From an uncultured bacterium (GTDB lineage: Bacteria; Krumholzibacteriota; Krumholzibacteriia; Krumholzibacteriales; Krumholzibacteriaceae): a stretch of 64,000 nt of DNA. The notes under the pieces were generated by a model. The model was not told the origin of the DNA, did not search any database, and saw only the letters and a program-made list of their open reading frames with translations. This document shows positions 27,857 to 37,156 of the stretch, in pieces (within the stretch, counting starts at the first letter, position 1; every line of letters begins with the position of its first letter). The stretch lies in the NCBI GenBank assembly GCA_963813815.1, contig CAWFAD010000008.1, positions 160,001 to 224,000 on the forward strand. The letters run 5' to 3'. A program made the translations under genes and the position numbers.

Positions 27857-29737
27857 TTACTTCTTCGTGGCGGCCTTCGCGCGCTCCCAGAGCTCTTTGC
27901 CGAGCTCTTTGCGCTCGGCGTCGGTCTTGAGACTCTGGAACTTCTGGAATATCGCGACCTGCTCCTCCTGCGGGAGCGTCTGGATGTACTGCATGAGCGC
28001 CTTCTCGTCGATCTGCTCCTCGCCCCCCGCCCCTTCCCGCTGCTCGACCTGAACGCGGTAGGCGACCGTGCGGTTCTTCGCCGTGAGGTATTCTCGCGCG
28101 ACCCGCATGACGTCCTCGGCCGTCACCTGCTTCGCGCGCTCGAGGATGCGGAAGTTGGCGCGGTAGTCGCCGTAGAAAAGCCGTCCGAACCCGGCGGTGA
28201 AGGCGATCCCGAGGTTCGATCCGAGCTGGCGGATGAGCGCCGCGTCGATCTGATTCTTGACTCTCTCGAGCTCCCGAGCCGTCACGGGCTCGCTCTTGAG
28301 CCGCTCGATCTCAGCGAGCAGCGCCGCCTCGACCTCCTCGAGCGTGTGCGGGTTGCGCGGCAGGGCCTCGATCACCATGAGGTTGTCGTACCGGGAGCCC
28401 GGCCCGTCGTAAACGTTCGGCTCCTCGGCCAGAAGCTGCTGCTTCTCGAACACCGTCTGGTAGAAACGGGAGGTGCGTCCGTTCGCGAGAACGTTCTCGA
28501 TCACGTCGAACGCCGCGGCGTCGGGATCGGGGTAGATGGGCTTGTGATATCCGATCATGAGCTTCGGATTGGCCGTGTGCTCGAGGACGATCCGCCGCTC
28601 CCCCTTCTGTTCGGGCTCGATCGTTTCGACGCGGGGCGGCTCGGCGCCGCGCGGGATCGATCCGAAATATTTCTCCGCGAGCTTCTTCACCTCGCCGACC
28701 GTGACGTCTCCGACCACGATGGCGATGGCGTTGTTCGGCGTGTAGTAGAGATCGTGATAGCGGATGAGCTCCTCGCGATCGATCGTGCGCAGGTCGCTCA
28801 TCCAGCCGACGACCGGCCAACGGTAGGGATGCGCGGTGAATGCGGCCGCGTAGAACGCCTCGCCGAGCTCGTTGTCGGGATCGTTCTCGCCGAGCCGCCG
28901 CTCCTCCATGATCACGTCGCGCTCCGACCAGAACTCCCTGAACACCGGCGATTCCATGCGGTCGGACTCGAGGTTCATGAAGAGCTCGAGGCGGTTCGCC
29001 GGAAGATACTCGATGTACACGGTGAAATCGTTCGACGTGAACGCGTTGAGAAAGCGCGAGCCGTTGTTCATGAACTGGCCCCAGAGCTCGTCCTTCACGA
29101 GGTACTGGCGCTGCTCGTCGAGGAGGCGCGAAATGTCCCCCCAGGCGGTTTCGTACTCGAGGTACTTCTCGAGGTAGTCGACGCCCCCGTCCTCGACGAG
29201 ATACGGGACCGATGCGACGGAGTCGGGAAGCGGCTTCATCGCGCGGATCTTCGCGACGAGCAGCTTCTGCTGCTCGGGCTTGTTCGCGCCGATCGCCGTT
29301 TTCTCCTCCTCGGTGAAGGCGTTCAGAACCTGCTTCGCGAGCTCGCTGAAGCGCTCGAACCGCCATTCGCCCATTTCCTTGCGGAGCCGGATCGTGCGCC
29401 CGCCGAGCTCGTCCGTCTCGCGCAGGTAGGGCAGCTCCTTCTTGTAGTTCTTGGTCCCCATCATCTCGGTGCCCTTGAACATCATGTGCTCGAGCATGTG
29501 CGAGATGCCGGTGATGTTGGGCCACTCGTTCGCCGCGCCGGCGTCGTACGCGATCGCGCAGAAAACGACCGGCGCCGCGCTGCGCTCGACGACGACCCAC
29601 GTCATGCCGTTCCGGAGCTCGAACTCCTTGATCTTCTCCTCGAGAGTCTGCGCCGCGAGCGGCCCGGCCGCGATGACGGCCGCCGCCACCGCGACGGCCA
29701 CCGCGCGGAGAAACGACGTTCCCTTCCGTCCGTGCAT
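27857..29737 (-). CDS. M16B zinc peptidase, catalytic subunit (exported)
   Basis: HMLEH (HxxEH), NAFTS, ERDVIMEER and HPYRWPVVG. Long helical insertion after the Zn motif. Confidence 0.92.
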   Translation of the reverse strand: MHGRKGTSFLRAVAVAVAAAVIAAGPLAAQTLEEKIKEFELRNGMTWVVVERSAAPVVFCAIAYDAGAANEWPNITGISHMLEHMMFKGTEMMGTKNYKKELPYLRETDELGGRTIRLRKEMGEWRFERFSELAKQVLNAFTEEEKTAIGANKPEQQKLLVAKIRAMKPLPDSVASVPYLVEDGGVDYLEKYLEYETAWGDISRLLDEQRQYLVKDELWGQFMNNGSRFLNAFTSNDFTVYIEYLPANRLELFMNLESDRMESPVFREFWSERDVIMEERRLGENDPDNELGEAFYAAAFTAHPYRWPVVGWMSDLRTIDREELIRYHDLYYTPNNAIAIVVGDVTVGEVKKLAEKYFGSIPRGAEPPRVETIEPEQKGERRIVLEHTANPKLMIGYHKPIYPDPDAAAFDVIENVLANGRTSRFYQTVFEKQQLLAEEPNVYDGPGSRYDNLMVIEALPRNPHTLEEVEAALLAEIERLKSEPVTARELERVKNQIDAALIRQLGSNLGIAFTAGFGRLFYGDYRANFRILERAKQVTAEDVMRVAREYLTAKNRTVAYRVQVEQREGAGGEEQIDEKALMQYIQTLPQEEQVAIFQKFQSLKTDAERKELGKELWERAKAATKK

Positions 29738-29973
29738 ACCGCCTCCCTTCGAAATGGATCTCGTGGTGAGGCCCGGCCGGGCCGGGCGAATGCCGGCCCC
29801 CGCCGGAGCCCCGTCATCCTACTATAAAGGAAGCGCGAAGTGAAGGGGGGAAGCTTCCCCGGGAACCTTCTCGCGGCTTGCTACCCGCGCGCCCCTGTGC
29901 TACCCTTCCCGCGCCGATCACCCGCCGACCGTGAGGGTGCGAGTCCGCTTCCTGAGCCGATACGAGGTGACCC

Positions 29974-32967
29974 ATGAGGTTGTGCCGGCTGAAACATATC
30001 ATTCGCGCGACGCTGGTCTTTTCGATCGTTTCGGCCTTCGCGGCCCGGCCCTCGGGGTCCCAGGCCCTCGCCGACGGCGAAGCGCCCTACTGGCAGCAGG
30101 GGGCCGACTACACGATCGAGGCCTCGCTCGACACGAGGGATCACCTCCTCGCGGGCACCGAGATCGTCTCCTACACGAACAACTCCCCCGACACGCTGCG
30201 CGAGTTTTACCTCCACCTCTACGCGAACGCGTTCCGGGACAAGACCTCCCAGCTCATCCGCGACTACCTTCAGGGGACGCTCTACTTCTTCGTCGGGCTC
30301 CCCGAGTCGATGCGCGGCTGGATCGACGTCTCGGATCTCGCCGTGAACGGCCGCGCGGTCGAGTTTACGGTCGACGGCACGATTCTCGCGAGCGACTTCC
30401 CGAAGCCCCTCCTCCCCGGCGAGACGGCCGTCATCACGCTCTCGTTCCGCGAAAAGATCATGCGGCGCCTCGGCCGGATGGGATGGGCGGGCGAGCACTA
30501 CGACATGGCGCAGTGGTATCCGAAGATGGCGGTCTACGACGGCGACGGCTGGCACCCCGATCAGTACCGCATGGGCGAGTTCTACGGCGAGTTCGGAACG
30601 TTCGACGTCAGCGTCACGCTCCCCGAGAAGTACGTCGTCGCGGCGACGGGGCTTCCGGTCTCGGGAGACCCGGGCTGGACGAAGAACGCGCCCCGGCCCG
30701 AAGCGGCGGGCGGAGGGGGCGGCGGCCATCCGGGCGGACGGCCGTCAGGTGACGCCGCGAGCGGCGAGGCCGCACCCGCGACGAAAACCGTGCGCTTTCG
30801 CGCCGAGAGGGTTCACGATTTCGCCTGGTGCGCGAATCCTTCGTTCGTCGTGCAGGATTCGACGGTGAGCGGGGTCCGCGTCATGAGCTTCTTCCGTCCG
30901 TGGAACCGTCCCTGGGCCGACTCCACGCTCGCGCAGGGGATCCGCGCGGTCCGCTGGCTCGAAGGGGTCGCGGGACCCTTCCCGTACCCCCAGATCAGCA
31001 TCGTCGACTCGCCGACGCGGGGCGGCATGGAGTATCCGATGCTCGTCATGAACGGCTACGTCGACGACGGCCTCGTGCTCCACGAGCTCGCGCACATCTA
31101 TTTCTACGGAGCGCTCGGGAACGACGAGCGCGCCGAGGCGTGGCTCGACGAGGGGCTCGCCCAGTACAGCGTCTTCTGGCGCGCGGAAGAGGCATACGGC
31201 CCCTACGGTCCGCCCTCGGAGCGCCCCTGGCCCTTTTCGCTCTTCCGCGAGCGGCGGATGTGGGACGACATCGAGCGCCCCGTCGTGAAGCTCCACCGCA
31301 CCGGCTTCGCCGAGCGCATCGCCACTCCCGCGCACGAGTTCAAAAACGGCTTCAGCACGATGCCCTATATCGGCGCGCCGCTCTTCCTGCGGGCGCTCCG
31401 TTACACCGTCGGCGACGAGAATTTCCGCGAGATCGTCTCGACCTACGTCGACCGCTGGAAGTTCAAGCACGTCGACGAGGAGGCCTTCCGCTCGGTGTGC
31501 GAGGAAGTCTCCGGGATGGACCTCAAGGAGCTCTTCCGCCAGTGGCTCCACACGACCAAGTCCTGCGATTACCGGCTCGCGCGCTTCAGGACGAAGCGGA
31601 CCAAGGACGGCTGGAGCGCGGATCTCAGGATCGACCGCAAGGGCGAGCTCATGATGCCGGTCACCCTCGCCGTGCGGCTCGCCGACGGCAACACCGTCAC
31701 GGAGCGGTTCGACGGCGTCTCCCGCACGATCACGGACACCCTCCGCTTCGAATCGAAGCCCGTCCGGGCCTCGATCAATCCCGACAACGAGATCCTCGAC
31801 GTCTACCGGCTCGACAACGTCTCGCCGCGGCGGCGGCATTTCACGCTCCTCGACGTGCCGTTCAACCGGTACTACCCGCCCGACGCCTTCTCGTACCGCT
31901 TCCTGCCGGTCGGGTACTACAACGACGTCGACGGGGGAAAAGCGGGGCTCCGCATGCGCGGGAGCTTCGACGACACGTACCGGAAATTCACGCTTCAGGG
32001 GCTCTACGGCTTCGAGAGCGGCGTCGCCGACGTCTACGGATCGTACCGGCACCCGATAGGCTACCTCGGGCGGGACGCGGTCGTCTCCGGCGAGGCGTTC
32101 ATCCGCGAGGGGCGGCAGGGCGCGTCGCTCGAGCTCTCGAAGATCCGCCGCAAGTCCCTCTACGATCCGTTCGCCCACACGATCACCCTCGGGCTCTCCT
32201 ATCACGAGCTCACGGACGAGGAGTACGTCCGCCCGTTCACGTACGAGAAGGGGATGAACTTCAAGGGGAAGATCGCCCTCGCGTTCGAACCCGAGACCGA
32301 CATCTTCGCCTCGCGGCTCTCCTTCTCGCTCGAGCGCACGCTCTGGGGGAGCGACTTCGACACGGAGAAGCTCAACGTCTCGCTCGCGCTCTCGCCGGGG
32401 CTCCGGTCGGATTTTCTCCCGGTGAAGCCGCACCTGCGCTTCTTCCTCGGGCGCGCGATGAACGACGCGCCGGTGCAGGAGCGCTTTCAGCTCGCCGGCG
32501 CCGGCACGCTCGCGAAGGAGAACCGCTTCTGGCTCCGCAGCGTCGGCGCGTGGCCGGCCGACTACTACGGCAACTTTCACGTGCCGGGGGACGCGAACCT
32601 GCGCGGCTACTTCGACGGCACGTTCGCCTTCAAGCAGATCTTCTCGTCGAACGTCGAGCTCGAGCTTCCGTTTCCCATCCTGCTCCCGCTCAGCCGCCCG
32701 CTCGCGCGCGCGCTCGACCGCAAGCTCTACCTTTTCTTCGACTGGGGAAAGGTCCTGGACGCGCGGCCGCTCGAGGGTCTCGCGCCGTGGGAGCGGAGCG
32801 CATTCGACGAGAACTACTTCGACGGGATCCTGCTCGACTCGGGCGTCGGCGTGAGCATCTGGAAGCTGACGGCGGAGTTTCCGCTCTACCTGAGCCACCC
32901 CGCGCTCGTCGGGCAGGACGAGAAATGGGATCTGCGCTGGACGATCGGCTTCGAGCGCCTCTTCTGA
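29974..32967 (+). CDS. M1 family aminopeptidase with a C-terminal outer-membrane barrel-like extension
   Basis: Signal peptide. Motifs YWQQ, GGMEYP and HELAH-x18-E (WLDEG). About 370-aa beta-rich C-terminal region ending in Phe. Confidence 0.88.
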   Translation: MRLCRLKHIIRATLVFSIVSAFAARPSGSQALADGEAPYWQQGADYTIEASLDTRDHLLAGTEIVSYTNNSPDTLREFYLHLYANAFRDKTSQLIRDYLQGTLYFFVGLPESMRGWIDVSDLAVNGRAVEFTVDGTILASDFPKPLLPGETAVITLSFREKIMRRLGRMGWAGEHYDMAQWYPKMAVYDGDGWHPDQYRMGEFYGEFGTFDVSVTLPEKYVVAATGLPVSGDPGWTKNAPRPEAAGGGGGGHPGGRPSGDAASGEAAPATKTVRFRAERVHDFAWCANPSFVVQDSTVSGVRVMSFFRPWNRPWADSTLAQGIRAVRWLEGVAGPFPYPQISIVDSPTRGGMEYPMLVMNGYVDDGLVLHELAHIYFYGALGNDERAEAWLDEGLAQYSVFWRAEEAYGPYGPPSERPWPFSLFRERRMWDDIERPVVKLHRTGFAERIATPAHEFKNGFSTMPYIGAPLFLRALRYTVGDENFREIVSTYVDRWKFKHVDEEAFRSVCEEVSGMDLKELFRQWLHTTKSCDYRLARFRTKRTKDGWSADLRIDRKGELMMPVTLAVRLADGNTVTERFDGVSRTITDTLRFESKPVRASINPDNEILDVYRLDNVSPRRRHFTLLDVPFNRYYPPDAFSYRFLPVGYYNDVDGGKAGLRMRGSFDDTYRKFTLQGLYGFESGVADVYGSYRHPIGYLGRDAVVSGEAFIREGRQGASLELSKIRRKSLYDPFAHTITLGLSYHELTDEEYVRPFTYEKGMNFKGKIALAFEPETDIFASRLSFSLERTLWGSDFDTEKLNVSLALSPGLRSDFLPVKPHLRFFLGRAMNDAPVQERFQLAGAGTLAKENRFWLRSVGAWPADYYGNFHVPGDANLRGYFDGTFAFKQIFSSNVELELPFPILLPLSRPLARALDRKLYLFFDWGKVLDARPLEGLAPWERSAFDENYFDGILLDSGVGVSIWKLTAEFPLYLSHPALVGQDEKWDLRWTIGFERLF

Positions 32968-33000
32968 GCGGGCCGGCCGCCGCCTCGCCGGCGGCCGGGG

Positions 33001-33032
33001 CTACTTGATCGCCCCGCTACTTGATCGCCCCG
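33001..33032. repeat. Perfect 16-bp tandem duplication of the pckA 3' end
   Basis: CTACTTGATCGCCCCG at 33001-33016 and 33017-33032. Confidence 0.9.
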
Positions 33033-34960
33033 GCGATCGCCGGATCGAGATCGGCGAATTTCGAGAGCCACGCGATCCGCTCGGCGCGCAGCGACTCCCG
33101 GAGCGCGGCGAGATCTTCGCCCGTGTAGAAGCGGCGCTCGTCGTAGCGGGCGAGATCGAGCCCCGGAATCGCCGCCGGCACCTCGTACCCCCAGTACTCG
33201 TCGCGCTTCCACGCGACCCCCGCCCGGCTGATCTCGCGTATGACGGCCGCCGAATCCTGAATCCGTATCTTCTGCCCCGAGAGCACGGCGATCTCGACGA
33301 GCTGCATGCCCGCGCCGCCCTCCGTCCCGGCCTCGAGCGAGGCGAGAAGGGCCTTGAGATCGTTTTTCGCCCGCACGCGCCCGCTCTTCCCCGAGACCTC
33401 GTAGCGCACGGACGCGACCTTGAACTTCATCTTCTCGCCGTCCGGCAGCGCGTGCTCGACGGTCGCCCCGGTGTCGGGGTGCTTCGCGCCGTCGACGAAC
33501 CGGCGGAGCTTCTCGCGCGCCCCGGGCGCATCGAGGGGCTCGGCGCTCCGCTCGATCGTCCGCCCGCCGAAGCCGCCGGTGTTGAGCAGGAAGCACTGCG
33601 CGTTCGGGTTCTTCTTGAGAATCCGGTAGAAGAGGTTCCCCTCCTCCCCTTCCGAGCCGACGATGAAGGGGTTCGTGCCGACCTCGCGGACCGACTGGCC
33701 GGCCTTCGTCGGATCGGCGGCGGAGGTGATGATCGACTCGCCGAGCATGAAGAACGCCGCGGCCTGCTCGGCGTTGAGCCGCGCCGCCGGCGGCACGATC
33801 GTCTCGCGCCGCGTGATGAAGAAGACGAGGTCGACGCGGACGAGATCGATCTCGGCGTCGGTGAAATCGAGCTCCCGCCGCACGACGATGCCGCGGCCGT
33901 TGAGACACTGGCCGCCCGAGCCGAAGGGATGGTCGTAGCGGAAGAAATCGACCTCGAGCGTTTTCGGGTCGACGAAAACGTTCTCGAGCACGGCCGAGGG
34001 GCTCACGGCCCCGGTGTAGAGGAGCGGCTGACCCTCGGGCTCGAGACCCTCGGTCTTGATGTACGCGTTGTCCTCGGTGCCGTACGCGGCGCCGCTCTCG
34101 GCGAGAACGAAGAAATCGTCCTGCCGGATGACGACGCTCTCCCCCTTCGCGGGATCGAGCCAGAAATGGTGGACGGAGAGCGTGGTCTTGCCGGTGCCGC
34201 TCAGGCCGAAGAAGATCGCTCCCTTGTCCGCGACCTCGTTCGTCCTCCCGTCGAGCGCGCGGATCACCTTGCCGCCGGCGTGCACGCCGAGCCCGCCGCC
34301 CGCGCCCGCGATGAGACGCCGCTTCTCCGCGTACATCGCCATCCGCAGGTGCCCCTTCTTCACCTCGCCGAAGTAGTCGGTCCCGAGCACGTACGTCACG
34401 CGCCCCGTCGCGTCGCAGAAGATGGCGCGCGGATCGAGGCCGAGGCGTTTGGCGACCTCTCCCCACTCCGGCACCATGACGAGCGTCTGATCCGGCTCTC
34501 CCTCTTCCCGCCCCGCGGGAAGGTCGAAGATGAGCTTGTTCCACATCACGAGGAGCCGCGCGTACGGCTTCGTGACGATCGTGCGGCAATGGTGGCTGTG
34601 CTTCGGGTGGAGCCCCATCTGCTTGTCCATGACGAGAAGCTCGACGCCGGAGCCCGCGAGATACTCCGCCGCCGCCTCGATCATTTTTCTCTGACGCTCG
34701 TTCGGCTCGCCGAAGAACACCTCGGTGACGGCCGCCGAGCGGTTCGTCACGCGGGAAATGAAGGCGGGATTGCGGTACTTGGTGAGCACGTCGGAGGTGC
34801 CGCGGGAGCCGATCGTCGTCGCGTCCCTCAGGGCGAGGTCGTTGATCGTCTCGCGAGAGCGGACGAGCCTGCCCCCGTCGCGCGCGGTTTTGGTGATCGT
34901 GGCCGCGAGCTCTCTCGCCGGCGTGGATACAAAATCGCCCGGTGCCTTGTCTTTGCCCAT
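33017..34960 (-). CDS. pckA: Phosphoenolpyruvate carboxykinase (ATP), divergent, with an insertion of about 95 aa
   Basis: Motifs YFGEVKKG, VHAG, FGLSGTGKTTLS, QDD, ENV, NGR and LNTG. Confidence 0.88.
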   Translation of the reverse strand: MGKDKAPGDFVSTPARELAATITKTARDGGRLVRSRETINDLALRDATTIGSRGTSDVLTKYRNPAFISRVTNRSAAVTEVFFGEPNERQRKMIEAAAEYLAGSGVELLVMDKQMGLHPKHSHHCRTIVTKPYARLLVMWNKLIFDLPAGREEGEPDQTLVMVPEWGEVAKRLGLDPRAIFCDATGRVTYVLGTDYFGEVKKGHLRMAMYAEKRRLIAGAGGGLGVHAGGKVIRALDGRTNEVADKGAIFFGLSGTGKTTLSVHHFWLDPAKGESVVIRQDDFFVLAESGAAYGTEDNAYIKTEGLEPEGQPLLYTGAVSPSAVLENVFVDPKTLEVDFFRYDHPFGSGGQCLNGRGIVVRRELDFTDAEIDLVRVDLVFFITRRETIVPPAARLNAEQAAAFFMLGESIITSAADPTKAGQSVREVGTNPFIVGSEGEEGNLFYRILKKNPNAQCFLLNTGGFGGRTIERSAEPLDAPGAREKLRRFVDGAKHPDTGATVEHALPDGEKMKFKVASVRYEVSGKSGRVRAKNDLKALLASLEAGTEGGAGMQLVEIAVLSGQKIRIQDSAAVIREISRAGVAWKRDEYWGYEVPAAIPGLDLARYDERRFYTGEDLAALRESLRAERIAWLSKFADLDPAIAGAIK

Positions 34961-35025
34961 ACGGCGGATCCCGTTCCCTTCCTGTGTCAGTGCCGAACCA
35001 CGAGCCAGAAGCGATGTTCCAGCAG

Positions 35026-35054
35026 AATGTATGGCTTTTCGGGGGTTTTGTCAA
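35026..35054 (-). promoter_or_regulatory. sigma70 promoter for pckA
   Basis: TTGACA (35054-35049), 17 nt, TACATT (35031-35026). Confidence 0.7.
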
Positions 35055-35103
35055 AAGCGGAGAGGCGCGGGGCGCCCCGGGGCGCCCCGCCATGCCCGCG
35101 ATG

Positions 35104-36534
35104 CTAGTGCAGCTTGTACGTCACCGGAATAATAACCTCGATCGTATCGGCCTTTCCGACCGACGCGTCGACGTTGAAAGTCCATGTCCCGGCCGCTTCG
35201 AGCGCGTTCTTTTCGAACTGGGCCTGGAGCTTCTTCATCGTATCCCGATCGACCGCGGCGCCCTCCGGCGGCGTCAGGGTCAGGGAGTCGACGGATGCCG
35301 CGACGACTATCCCCCCGCCTTCCGCTCCGGCGATCTTGAGACGCAGGTGCACCTCGGAGCTTACCCCCAGCTTCCTCGCCTCTTCAGGATACCTGGGCTG
35401 CGTCATGCGGGCGATCTCGACTTTCGCCGTGATCGTCCCTTTGTCTCCCGTAACCGTCACGGTCGCGGACGATTCCTTGGCGGTCTTCTGCGCGGCCCCC
35501 TTTTCCCGGTCCGGCGTCGCCTTCATGGGCAGGGGGTAGAAAGTCGCTGCGGCGACGACGAGAGCCGCGGCGGCGACGAGAGCTCGATGCTCGAAACGCA
35601 TTGCGTACCTCCTTCTGTTCAATTCCGGTAAACGTTCCAGGCGGCGCCGCAAGAGAGAGGTCCCGCTCGCCGCCGCGAGGGCATACGCCGGCGAGGCGAG
35701 CCCGAGCGAGAGCGTGCGCGCGAGAGCGCGCGCGTAGGTGAGCGCGGGCACGCCGGCCTGAACGACGTTTTCGTCGCACGCGTACTCGGCGGTGGAACGA
35801 AGCCGCCGCAGCACGAGATAGAGCGGGGGATAGAAGAAAAAGAGCGCGAGGCCGAGGCGCTGCAGGGCGGCGCGCAGCGGATCGCGGCGCCTGCGGTGCG
35901 CGTCCTCGTGGAGAACGATCGCGCGAAGCTCGTCGTCATTGAGCTCGCGGACGAGACGCCCCGGCACGAGAATCATCGGCCGAATGAGCCCCACGACGGT
36001 GGGCATGACGCCCCGGTCGCAGAGGATCACCCGATCGAGCGGGACGCCCGAGCCGTCGAGAATCGACCTGAGCCCGCCGGAAACGCTCCCGTCGAGCGCC
36101 GCGAAGGGAGTCCCCCCGTGCCGCCCCGCCCGGACCGTGTCGACGACGAGACGGCCGAGAAGGTAGAGGGCCGAAGACGCCCAGCACGCGGTCGCGGCGA
36201 CGAGCGCCGAGGAGAGCATGGACCCTGGAGCCCGCGCGGCGGGGCTTCCGATCGGATCGAGGATCGCCGCCACGGCGGGAAGCAGCTGGGGCGCCTCTCC
36301 CCGCCCCCATGCCGGCGCGCCGCCGAAAACCGCCCGGAAGAGCAGATTCGCCGCGCCCCCGAAGAGAGAGAGCGGGAGGAAAATTTTGACGAGCGCCGCG
36401 CTCCAGAGGGCGTGGCTCGCCCGCGAGGGGGCGCCGCGAAGCAGCGCCTGGATGGCGAGAACGAGGCCGATGACGATCGTCGTCTGCCAGAGGTGCCCGG
36501 CCATCCCGTGCCAGAAGCCGTAGAGCGCCGTCAT
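35104..36534 (-). CDS. BlaR1/MecR1-type M56 metallopeptidase fused to a TonB C-terminal domain
   Basis: HEDAHRRRRDP (HExxH) and EYACDE. C-terminal PRYPEEARKLG...V.L...A..W.F TonB-C pattern. The start overlaps the blaI stop (ATGA). Confidence 0.88.
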   Translation of the reverse strand: MTALYGFWHGMAGHLWQTTIVIGLVLAIQALLRGAPSRASHALWSAALVKIFLPLSLFGGAANLLFRAVFGGAPAWGRGEAPQLLPAVAAILDPIGSPAARAPGSMLSSALVAATACWASSALYLLGRLVVDTVRAGRHGGTPFAALDGSVSGGLRSILDGSGVPLDRVILCDRGVMPTVVGLIRPMILVPGRLVRELNDDELRAIVLHEDAHRRRRDPLRAALQRLGLALFFFYPPLYLVLRRLRSTAEYACDENVVQAGVPALTYARALARTLSLGLASPAYALAAASGTSLLRRRLERLPELNRRRYAMRFEHRALVAAAALVVAAATFYPLPMKATPDREKGAAQKTAKESSATVTVTGDKGTITAKVEIARMTQPRYPEEARKLGVSSEVHLRLKIAGAEGGGIVVAASVDSLTLTPPEGAAVDRDTMKKLQAQFEKNALEAAGTWTFNVDASVGKADTIEVIIPVTYKLH

Positions 36535-36938
36535 GAGCCTTTCCTCCCCTCCCCGTCCCGGGCTGCCTTCGGCCTCGCCGCGAGCTCCTCCTCGATCCCG
36601 CGCAGATCGTCGAGGGTGAGCGCCTTCATGTCGGCGAGGTGCGAGACGAGCTCCGGCGCGCCGCCGTCGAAAAGGCTGTCGAGCAGCCGCCGAACCTCCT
36701 TGCGAACGATCTCGGCCGCCGAAACCTCCGGCCGGTACACCCACGCCTTGCCGTCGCGACGGACGCGCGTCACGGCGCCTTTCTCCTCGAGGCGCTCGAA
36801 GATCTTGCGCACGGTCGAGTAGCTCGGCGCCTTCGGGAGGTCGCCGTGGACCTCGCGAACAGTCGCTTCCTTGCGGCTCCAGAGCTTCCTCAGGCACTGG
36901 AGCTCGAACCGCGAGAGATCCGGGAGCTTTCGTTTCAT
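36531..36938 (-). CDS. BlaI/MecI/CopY family repressor
   Basis: LSRFELQCLRKLW...ATVREV...SYSTV...RLEEKG...WVYRP...LFDG. GGAGGAG SD upstream. Confidence 0.93.
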   Translation of the reverse strand: MKRKLPDLSRFELQCLRKLWSRKEATVREVHGDLPKAPSYSTVRKIFERLEEKGAVTRVRRDGKAWVYRPEVSAAEIVRKEVRRLLDSLFDGGAPELVSHLADMKALTLDDLRGIEEELAARPKAARDGEGRKGS

Positions 36939-36956
36939 GGCTCCTCCGTTCATGAC

Positions 36957-37004
36957 TGCTACGTCTGTCGCACTAAATATGCGACGCTTGTCGCACGTTG
37001 TCAA
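36957..37004 (-). promoter_or_regulatory. blaI promoter with two palindromic operators, TGCGAC-N4-GTCGCA
   Basis: Perfect palindrome TGCGAC-GCTT-GTCGCA (36980-36995) and near-perfect TGCTAC-GTCT-GTCGCA (36957-36972). The -35 TTGACA is at 37004-36999, followed by 17 nt and CATATT. Confidence 0.75.
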
Positions 37005-37156
37005 GGCTGAAAAACCGCCTCGCCCCGCGCCATCCCCGCGGCGGCCTTTTTTATTGCGCCATATCGAAATTCATGAGACAATCGGCCCGCTCTTTTTCCC
37101 CAAGTCCGGCATGACCGATAAGTCTCTCCCGCGCCTTTAACGGAAGAGGTGAAGGT

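Noticed and set aside
33280..33565. Intein in pckA
   Set aside because: No N-terminal Cys/Ser block, no C-terminal His-Asn, and too short.
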